Assembly (NCBI GenBank): GCA_964519415.1
Contig: CAZFJM010000002.1
Span: 30,762 to 51,872 of the forward strand
DNA length: 21,111 nucleotides
Direction of reading: 5' to 3'
DNA from: Candidatus Woesearchaeota archaeon
Lineage (GTDB): Archaea; Nanobdellota; Nanobdellia; Pacearchaeales; GW2011-AR1
Of the stretch, positions 7,040-15,936 are shown in pieces (within the stretch, counting starts at the first letter, position 1; every line of letters begins with the position of its first letter). The position numbers were made by a program, and so were the translations under genes. The notes under the pieces were generated by a model. That model was not told the DNA's origin and made no database searches. It saw nothing but the letters and a program-made list of their open reading frames with translations.

Positions 7040-7545
7040 ATGACAGACATATTCGATAACAAAATATTATGTAACAAATGCGAGAAAGTAATGAAACCAG
7101 TACTTATTTCTAAAAACGGTTTCAACTTACGAGCTATGAAATGTGAAAAATGCCCTGAAATTATAGTTCACCCAGCAGATAAACAAGAATATGACGAATT
7201 TATGAGATTAAAAAATAAAGAATACGAAGTTAAAATGAGAATGGTTGGAAATTCATACGCAGTTTCAATCCCTAGAGAAATAGTTTCATTCATGCAAGAC
7301 CAAGAAAGTATGATTAATAATATGGTAAAATTATGCTTTTCAGAACCAGGAAAAATAAGTATGATGTTTAATACACCGGAAACAAACGAAAATGCAAGAA
7401 CCGTAAGTGCTAAAGAAGTTAAAATAATAAAAAACGGAAAAGTTTTCCATGTAAAACAAGTTATAGATTCGGCAAACCCTCAAAATAACAAAAAAGTCAT
7501 AATCAGAAATGATTTAAAGGAACAAAAAGAGGAAAAAGAAGAATA

Positions 7546-7546
<1 letters not shown>
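7040..7546 (+). CDS. Zinc-ribbon plus SpoVT/AbrB-like (swapped-hairpin) domain protein
   Basis: CNKC (aa 11-14) and CEKC (aa 35-38) form a 4-Cys ribbon. VKMRMVGNSYAVSIPREIVSFM matches the AbrB/MazE-type looped-hinge motif (vG.S..v.iPkei). The tail is lysine/glutamate rich. Stop TAA overlaps the cdc48 ATG by 1 nt (TAATG). Confidence 0.7.
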
Positions 7547-9894
<2,348 letters not shown>

Positions 9895-9909
9895 ATTATA
9901 GTTAACCGT

Positions 9910-9947
9910 AAACACAAAAAAAGAGGTGTTATGGGCACCTCGTGTTT
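9910..9947. terminator. Bipartite hairpin between convergent cdc48 and the protease gene
   Basis: aaacac-aaaaaaa-gaggtg-ttatggg-cacctc-gtgttt. The inner 6-bp stem and outer 6-bp stem are both perfectly complementary. Confidence 0.45.
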
Positions 9948-9954
9948 ATGTAAA

Positions 9955-10698
9955 CTATTTAAACAAATTAAAAATCTTTTTTATTAAAGATTCATTTCTC
10001 GGAACAGAAAATCTTTTCACAACACGTCTGTTTCTTTTAATTTTTTTATTTTCAGAAAAAAGTACTAAATTTTCTACACGTTCAGTCTTCTTTTCTTTTA
10101 TAAATTTTATTTCTCTGCTATTGTTCGCTTCTTCTTTTTTAAGAGCATATGCTAGACAAGGATGACTATTTTTATAAGAGAGTTTAGAAGCCGGTTCTCT
10201 AGGATCAATATGTCCTTCACAAAACAAATTATTGCAATACTTACATTTTTTTAGCTTTACATGTATTTTTTGACATAGATGATAACTACAATGAGCCTCT
10301 TTTATTGTATCGCCTACCAAGTCCACCCTATAAGAATTCTCTGAAACCATAATAATGCCTGAAGAATCCGGAGTCCAGCTTCCAATAATTTCATTAGTTA
10401 AATTTTCATAAAAAATAGGGTTATGATCCCTTTCTAGTATATGAGTAATTTCATGTATTGCTGTTTCTTTTATTTCTTCCTTAGTCATTTTAGACAACTC
10501 TTCCTGAGAAATGCAGACAGTATTATTTTCTAAATGAATATGTGCTCTAGCATTCACAAAATGATCTAAGTCATGATTTTCCCAAAATTTTACAAAAACA
10601 GAAGAAGAAATCTTATAACTTTGTACTGCCCAGTCTATCCAGAAAAGAAATAGCTTCTTTTTTTCATCTATAATCTGTTTATGTGCTTCAGATTTCAT
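9955..10698 (-). CDS. HExxHx5H zinc metalloprotease-like domain (WLM / DUF45 / SprT-like) fused to an AN1-type zinc finger and a Lys/Arg-rich tail
   Basis: AIHEITHILERDHNPIFYENL (HEITH aa 82-86, H92, then F/Y). AN1 pattern at aa 137-181: C-x4-C-x9-C-x2-C-x4-C-x2-H-x15-H-x-C, including the hallmark CKYCNNLFCEGH. The C-terminus is ...KKTERVEN...KKIKRNRRVVKRF.... Confidence 0.7.
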   Translation of the reverse strand: MKSEAHKQIIDEKKKLFLFWIDWAVQSYKISSSVFVKFWENHDLDHFVNARAHIHLENNTVCISQEELSKMTKEEIKETAIHEITHILERDHNPIFYENLTNEIIGSWTPDSSGIIMVSENSYRVDLVGDTIKEAHCSYHLCQKIHVKLKKCKYCNNLFCEGHIDPREPASKLSYKNSHPCLAYALKKEEANNSREIKFIKEKKTERVENLVLFSENKKIKRNRRVVKRFSVPRNESLIKKIFNLFK

Positions 10699-10716
10699 GT
10701 ATAATAAAAAATCTAG

Positions 10717-10744
10717 AAAGTATAAAAATCTTCTTACTTTTAAA
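10717..10744. promoter_or_regulatory. Divergent promoter region; a weaker third copy of the aaagtata...tacttttaaa element
   Basis: aaagtataaaaatcttcttacttttaaa. Read on the minus strand, tttttatacttt ends about 23 nt upstream of ATG 10698. On the plus strand it is followed 17 nt later by only ATG-CGT-TAG. Confidence 0.3.
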
Positions 10745-10899
10745 ATAATTATTTAGAGGTGATGCGTTAGACAAAAATGAGAGAATAACGAGCTTATCTA
10801 GTCTTGGAGACAAAGTAAATTTGATTAAGAAGAATTATAAAGTTCGATTATGAAAGAAGAATAAGTAACATTTTTATATTCTTGTCTCTTATTTCTTTT

Positions 10900-11091
10900 A
10901 TGGAACCTGGCGTAAACAAGCTAAAAATTTTAAGAAATCCATCAAAAAAATCTGGTAAGGATTTAATGAGGTCTTTAATTAAAGAAGGTTATGAAGTTTC
11001 TGTTGAGCAGGTGGGTCAAGTAATTGTTAGGATAGACAAAAAGAATGTGTCTATGAGTTTGAATGATAGGGTTAATCCTGATAACTTCTAA
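10900..11091 (+). CDS. 63-aa protein, weakly HicA-like (dsRBD-like fold) but lacking the catalytic His
   Basis: The track ORF starts at a TTG (10882), so I trimmed it to ATG 10900, with atttttatatt upstream. SGKDLMRSLIKEGYEVSVEQVGQVIVRIDKK resembles the HicA pattern sgkelik.Lek.Gfe..rq.GSH....., with GSH replaced by GQV. Confidence 0.4.
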   Translation: MEPGVNKLKILRNPSKKSGKDLMRSLIKEGYEVSVEQVGQVIVRIDKKNVSMSLNDRVNPDNF

Positions 11092-11198
11092 AGGCAGAAT
11101 TTAAAAAGTTCTAACTAGTGAAGTAAATATAGGATTATTTTATTTACTCGAGGGAATTATTAGTGTGTTCATTTTTATTTATTTCACATAAAAAAATT

Positions 11199-11230
11199 AA
11201 AGTATATTTTTCTATCTAAATACTTTTAAA
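11199..11230 (+). promoter_or_regulatory. Repeat copy A: promoter element of the 180-aa gene
   Basis: aaagtatatttttctatctaaatacttttaaa ends exactly 21 nt before ATG 11252. Confidence 0.6.
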
Positions 11231-11251
11231 TGAAATAATCATAAAAAAAGT

Positions 11252-11794
11252 ATGAAGGCAACAATTGAATATGAAAGTGAATTGAAAAAGTTATTAGCTG
11301 AATCAGAAGCTTGTCACAAAGAAATGATGTATTTCTACCGTAATTGTGTAGATAATCTTTTCGAATTTAAAAGTAACCAGCTACTCGCAAATTCTAGTTC
11401 AGAACATAGAGATATAATAGATGAAATGATTTTTAAGTATACTCCTGAAAAAGGTTCAGTCTATATATTATGTAATACTCCTGTAAATTATTCTAGCAAC
11501 GAACGTCTTTTAGCCGAAATTAAAAGAGCTACAGAAAGAAAAGTAAAAATATTTGTTGCATACACGGAATCAGCAGAAGACGAAAAATTAAAATCACTAG
11601 AAAATATTTCTTTTGAAAAATTCGAACCGATTAGAACCAAGGGAGGAGAGTTAGAGTTCATAACAAATGGCGAGGCTATTCGTATAAAACCTGATGCTCT
11701 TTCAGAACCTGAAGTTATTCCTTGTGCCCCGTCTGTTGCAAAAAGATTGATTGATCTTTACATGGATCAAAGATATTCTAGAAAAGCAATTTAA
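11252..11794 (+). CDS. Hypothetical protein (180 aa), no recognised motif
   Basis: Clean ATG ORF with its own promoter element. The stretch VYILCNTP...ERLLAEIKRATERKVKIFVAY looks like an alpha/beta module. I cannot assign it to a family. Confidence 0.6.
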   Translation: MKATIEYESELKKLLAESEACHKEMMYFYRNCVDNLFEFKSNQLLANSSSEHRDIIDEMIFKYTPEKGSVYILCNTPVNYSSNERLLAEIKRATERKVKIFVAYTESAEDEKLKSLENISFEKFEPIRTKGGELEFITNGEAIRIKPDALSEPEVIPCAPSVAKRLIDLYMDQRYSRKAI

Positions 11795-11840
11795 TTTAAA
11801 TAAGACAAATAACCGTCGATATATAGAAAATTCTTTTTAA

Positions 11841-11874
11841 AAAGTATATTTTTTTCTACCTAAATACTTTTAAA
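11841..11874 (+). promoter_or_regulatory. Repeat copy B: promoter element of the 490-aa gene
   Basis: aaagtatatttttttctacctaaatacttttaaa ends exactly 21 nt before ATG 11896. It differs from copy A by a 2-nt T insertion and one t/c substitution. Confidence 0.6.
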
Positions 11875-11895
11875 GGAAACAAATATGAAATAAGC

Positions 11896-13368
11896 ATGAG
11901 TGTGAAAAGAGAGGTAAAGAGACCGGAAGAAATTCAGGAACCTAAAGCTAAATATCCACGTAGATTTCTATTAACTAGTGCTCAAGCATCCTACTATGAT
12001 GCAGGAAAGCCTGAAGAACCAAACTTACAAAAGTGGGGAGATCAAGGAGCACCAGCAAAGTTACATAAACATTTATACGATGGTCTTAAAGAATTTGCAG
12101 AAAGACATGAAGTTGATGAATTCAAAGTTTTCCCAGTTAAAGGAGTCTGTCTAAAAGAAGACCAATTCCATCCAAGCATGAACATTGTTCAAGAATTAGA
12201 AAGTTGGGAACAACATTTTCAAAAAATAAACAGCAACGCAACAATTACAGACATTCGTGTTCCTCCTCAAAATGTAGACCCTGCAACATCTAGAAAACAT
12301 TTAACAGCTAAATATGACGCAACATTATTTTTCCCACATCCAAAACAAAGAATGTGCCCTGTAGCATCTTCACCTTCTGAATATCCAAGATTCCTTGTTA
12401 CAACAGGATCAATAACAACTCCAAATTATAATCGTGCAAATGACAAAGGAGACCAAGCAGCAAGAGACCACAGATTAGGAGCAGTTTTTGTAGAAGCATT
12501 TGACAATAGAAGTTATTTATTCCACTTCCTAACTGCAACTCAAGATGGTAAATTTGTTCATTTAGGAGAACAATTTGATGGACATAAAAAACCAACAAAA
12601 GTAGGAATAGAAGCTTTGGTCTTGGGAGATATACACTGGGGAGAACATGATCCTCAAACAATGCAAGCAAATTATGAAATGATAAAGCAAATGAATCCAA
12701 AAAAATTAATACTTCATGACTTTTTCACAGGTAACTCAATATCTCATCACAATCTAGAAAAACCACTTTATAGAGCTCAACAATTTGCTAAAGGAGAACT
12801 TTTATTAGAACATGAATTAAAAACAACAATAGCTGAATTACAACATTTATCAAAAATGAATCCTAGAGGACAAATATATGTAGTTCACTCAAATCATGAC
12901 GACTTTTTAGAAAAATACCTAGAAAGCGGAATGTACGAAAGAAAAGATCTATGGAATGCAGAAGTTTGCCATTCACTTGCTGGAAGAATCTTAAGAAATA
13001 AAGTACGTTCAGATATGTATCTAAAAGAAGCACTTTCTATGTTCGGAACAATACCTTCAAATGTTACTTTCTTAGGCCTAGATGACAAACTTTGCGTACA
13101 AGGCTATAGACTTTCAAGCCATGGACACATCGGAGTAAATGGTTCAAAGGGACTTTCTGTAAAGAAAGTAGATGAAACTATGGGTAGAGCAATTATCGGA
13201 CACAAACATGCACCAGAACAGTTTAGAGACTCTTATGTATTAGGAACTAGCTCTAAAAGAGACTTGCACTATATGGCTGGTTCAATCAGTGCAGCAATGG
13301 GTTGTAATTCAGCAATATATTCAAACGGAAAAGTACAAATGCTCCCTATAATCAATGGAGTATGGTAA
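11896..13368 (+). CDS. Calcineurin-like metallophosphoesterase domain protein (C-terminal half) with an unassigned N-terminal region of about 235 aa
   Basis: All five MPE motifs are present in order: LGDIHWGEHD (aa 243-252), LILHDFFTG (271-279), VHSNHDDF (330-337), SSHGH (407-411), IGHKH (434-438). The N-terminal half has no motif I recognise. Confidence 0.75.
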   Translation: MSVKREVKRPEEIQEPKAKYPRRFLLTSAQASYYDAGKPEEPNLQKWGDQGAPAKLHKHLYDGLKEFAERHEVDEFKVFPVKGVCLKEDQFHPSMNIVQELESWEQHFQKINSNATITDIRVPPQNVDPATSRKHLTAKYDATLFFPHPKQRMCPVASSPSEYPRFLVTTGSITTPNYNRANDKGDQAARDHRLGAVFVEAFDNRSYLFHFLTATQDGKFVHLGEQFDGHKKPTKVGIEALVLGDIHWGEHDPQTMQANYEMIKQMNPKKLILHDFFTGNSISHHNLEKPLYRAQQFAKGELLLEHELKTTIAELQHLSKMNPRGQIYVVHSNHDDFLEKYLESGMYERKDLWNAEVCHSLAGRILRNKVRSDMYLKEALSMFGTIPSNVTFLGLDDKLCVQGYRLSSHGHIGVNGSKGLSVKKVDETMGRAIIGHKHAPEQFRDSYVLGTSSKRDLHYMAGSISAAMGCNSAIYSNGKVQMLPIINGVW

Positions 13369-13434
13369 TTTAGATACTCCTTTAAAGTTACACTAAAAAG
13401 AAATCTTTATAAACGATATTTATCTTAAGTAATT

Positions 13435-13830
13435 ATGAAATATGATATATATGTAGATGGAGTAAAAGGAGCTTATTCAAAATCAATAGACACATCTATA
13501 ACTCCTAACGCATCATTAGGAAGAACTTCTAGAGACAATATCCCCGACATACCTTTAGAATTCCAAGCAATATCACGAAAACAAGGTACTTTTTATGTAG
13601 AGGGCGAGAAACTTATGTACAGAAATACGGGCCAAATTAAACCAGAAGTAATAAATGGAAATCCTCTAGATCTTAATTTAAATCAAACAGAAATGAACTT
13701 AGAAACAATCTTAAATTTTGGAGACATGTTCAGAGTAGCTAGAAAACCTTTAAATTATCAAGCATCCGATGAAGATGATTCTTCAGAAGAATGTCCAACA
13801 ATGCACTGGCCAGGCGGATCATTAAAATAA
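13435..13830 (+). CDS. FHA-like domain protein (131 aa) with acidic Cys-containing tail
   Basis: The FHA landmarks appear in order: LGRTSRDNIPDIPL (GR), AISRKQGTF (SxxH with H replaced by Q), EVINGNPL (NG), FGDMFRV (GD.i.v). Confidence 0.5.
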   Translation: MKYDIYVDGVKGAYSKSIDTSITPNASLGRTSRDNIPDIPLEFQAISRKQGTFYVEGEKLMYRNTGQIKPEVINGNPLDLNLNQTEMNLETILNFGDMFRVARKPLNYQASDEDDSSEECPTMHWPGGSLK

Positions 13831-13837
13831 TAAAAAA

Positions 13838-14836
13838 TTATCTCGTAGTCACATAAACTTTATCTGCAAAAACAACTGTATGTTCTGCCTGTGAAACTGG
13901 CTTTCTTTCTTTCTCAACTAAAGTAGGAAAATTATAAACAATTCCTTCTTTAACTAACAAAGATAAACAATAATTTGGCTTAGCTAAATTTGCTCTTTCT
14001 ATCCATCTCTTACAGAAAGGTTTTGTCTTATAAGTTCTTTTAATATAGTTTAACATATCCCTAGCATCTCTATCTCTTGGAAGTTTTTCTTGTTGCATAA
14101 CATAAATCTCGGATAATTTCCCCTCAAAAATTTCTCCTTTACCTTCTGTTAAAAAGGGTTCAATAGCAATAGCAGTATCTTCTAATTCAAATTCGTTTTC
14201 ATTTTTCAAATTGCTAACAGTAATTCCTGCATGAATATTATCTTTATCTAACCCGTGTCCAGTTAAATTTCTAATAACTTTATATTTTCCATGCTTCTCT
14301 ACAATACTTGAAATAGTATTTCCAATAACTTTTAACGGAGAACCAACTTTTAATTCTTTCAAAGCAGCTTCAAGTGCTTCATTATTAACTTTAATCATAT
14401 CAGAATATCTTTTATCATCTGTCAAATCAAAAGAAACAGCAGTATCTGCAATAAATCCTCCAACCTCGACTCCAATATCTACTTTCATTAAACCACTTGC
14501 TTTTGTTTCATCTCTTGCAGTAGGAGTATAATGTGCTGCAATCTCATCAATAGAAATATTTGTAGGAAAAGCCATATCTCCGCCAAGTTCTTTTATTCTA
14601 ACTTCAATCTTGTCTGCAATCTCAACAACTAAAACATCTTTCTTCACGATTTCTTTCATATACTCTTTAATTTTCTTAGAAATTTCTCCAGCTTTAATAT
14701 AATTCTTTAATGCTTCCGGAGTAATTCCTTCTGATTCATCATCTTCGCTATAAACCTTACTTGATTTTAAATAACTAGCATCCGCTGGTTTATTTGTTCT
14801 GAAATTATCTGCTTTTCCGAAATCTTCTGTTGGCAT
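13838..14836 (-). CDS. map: Methionine aminopeptidase, type 2 (archaeal)
   Basis: FPTNISIDEIAAHYTP, DIGVEVGGFIADTAVS, LTGHGL, AIEPF and QAEHTV are the metal-ligand blocks of MetAP2. There is an N-terminal extension of about 40 aa. Confidence 0.9.
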   Translation of the reverse strand: MPTEDFGKADNFRTNKPADASYLKSSKVYSEDDESEGITPEALKNYIKAGEISKKIKEYMKEIVKKDVLVVEIADKIEVRIKELGGDMAFPTNISIDEIAAHYTPTARDETKASGLMKVDIGVEVGGFIADTAVSFDLTDDKRYSDMIKVNNEALEAALKELKVGSPLKVIGNTISSIVEKHGKYKVIRNLTGHGLDKDNIHAGITVSNLKNENEFELEDTAIAIEPFLTEGKGEIFEGKLSEIYVMQQEKLPRDRDARDMLNYIKRTYKTKPFCKRWIERANLAKPNYCLSLLVKEGIVYNFPTLVEKERKPVSQAEHTVVFADKVYVTTR

Positions 14837-14881
14837 AATTTGTATAGAAAATGAGAGTTTTTAAGATTATGGAGAACGAAA

Positions 14882-15373
14882 TTAATTCCTAATACGTCTC
14901 TCTTTAGGAAGGAAACTCAATAAAATTCCGGCTTCAGTTAATTTACCAGTTCCGATTAAATCGTCCTTAAATTTAACAGCAACATAACTTACAATTCCTT
15001 TATATTTTGCTTTTTGTTCTGCACTCAATTCCAAATTATTTCCCCTAAACCATTTTTCAGCTTGCTCTTGATCAAGTTCAACAATATTTTTTGTAATCTG
15101 ATCTTTCATTAAATGTAAAGCATCTAAACTCAAACGAGCTTCTTTTCTTCCATGCTTATCAATCATCATTTTACCAAAATATAATCCTAAACCTTCAATT
15201 GGAAAATGTCTCCAAATTTTCAAAATCTCATCAACATGTAAATGTCCAGAATAAACTCTTACAGTCTCACTTCCAGTAGCAATAAAAAGCTTATTTGTCT
15301 TAAAATCGCCCAAGTAAGAAACTTCATTCAGAAAATCTTTCTTCTTATGTGAATCTAATATTTCAACTTTCAT
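14882..15373 (-). CDS. PUA-like RNA-binding protein (Nip7-like / RsmF C-terminal-domain-like)
   Basis: ARLSLDALHLM...LDQEQAEKWFRGNNLEL...GIVSYVAVKFKDDLIGTGKL...LLSFLPKERRI resembles the pre-PUA/PUA module found C-terminal of RsmF-type m5C methyltransferases and in Nip7. Its ATG overlaps the upstream stop (ATGA). Confidence 0.55.
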   Translation of the reverse strand: MKVEILDSHKKKDFLNEVSYLGDFKTNKLFIATGSETVRVYSGHLHVDEILKIWRHFPIEGLGLYFGKMMIDKHGRKEARLSLDALHLMKDQITKNIVELDQEQAEKWFRGNNLELSAEQKAKYKGIVSYVAVKFKDDLIGTGKLTEAGILLSFLPKERRIRN

Positions 15374-15936
15374 TCTGACCTCATAGGGCTGACCCCTTGT
15401 GGGCTTATTTCAAACCTCTTATGGAGTTCCCAAGCGTCTCCAACCTTTTTCAAAATAGAGATATTATCAAATTTAAAATCAAAATCGGGATTTTGAGTTT
15501 TTTCTAAAATTTCTACAATTCCATCGTAAGATTCTTGACTATTTGCATATCCAACAGTAAGATGCGGGGTAAATTCTTCAGCATATCTATCAATACGTAT
15601 ATCTTTTAAGACTCTAATTTGCTCAATTAATTCTTTTTGTATTTCCATAGCTTCTTGAGAAAAATTAGTTTTAAGAAAAAAGACCTTTCCTCTAAACTCT
15701 TCAAAATCTCCAGTAGCAATATCCGCACTTTTCTGAGTCTTAACAAAATTCTCTATTATGGATTCAACTTCTTCTATCTTCTCAAATTCAAAAGGAGATT
15801 TCAAGGTTACATGAACAGGTCTTGGATTTTCAAGTATATATTTTTCATTGAATTTTTCAGCAAGTTCATTGATTATTTTTGTAACGTAGTCACTAACTTC
15901 TTTATTCGGTAAATAGGCTATCATATATTTATTCAT
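15370..15936 (-). CDS. 2H phosphoesterase superfamily protein (LigT / 2'-5' RNA ligase-like)
   Basis: Two HxT/S motifs: HVTLKSPF and TPHLTVGY. I prefer the start at ATG 15936 (MNKYMIAY...) because it is preceded by GAGGAGG and overlaps the NSUN stop as ATGAATAA. The track start at 15972 would overlap by 44 nt. Confidence 0.7.
   Translation of the reverse strand: MNKYMIAYLPNKEVSDYVTKIINELAEKFNEKYILENPRPVHVTLKSPFEFEKIEEVESIIENFVKTQKSADIATGDFEEFRGKVFFLKTNFSQEAMEIQKELIEQIRVLKDIRIDRYAEEFTPHLTVGYANSQESYDGIVEILEKTQNPDFDFKFDNISILKKVGDAWELHKRFEISPQGVSPMRSE

Noticed and set aside
9926-10165. 79-aa plus-strand ORF.
   Set aside because: It overlaps the 3' part (AN1 finger and basic tail) of the minus-strand protease gene and starts inside the terminator hairpin. 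Spurious.
12398-13088. Minus-strand ORFs of 100 and 64 aa.
   Set aside because: Both are antisense to the metallophosphoesterase gene. Leu-rich shadow frames.
11896-13368. The 490-aa MPE as the small subunit (DP1) of DNA polymerase D.
   Set aside because: The motif contexts (HD instead of GD..DG, SNHD) and the N-terminal half do not resemble what I remember of DP1's OB-fold/MPE layout. No DP2 gene is adjacent. A profile search would settle it.
11896-13368. Higher G+C in the orphan cassette as evidence of horizontal transfer.
   Set aside because: My hand counts of three 60-nt lines inside the gene gave 29, 25 and 20 G+C. Lines from polB, cdc48 and the methyltransferase-like gene gave 17, 23 and 23. 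This is too inconsistent and too small a sample. It needs a computed sliding-window GC and codon-usage analysis.
15637-15912. 91-aa plus-strand ORF.
   Set aside because: It is antisense to the 2H phosphoesterase gene, which has both HxT motifs.
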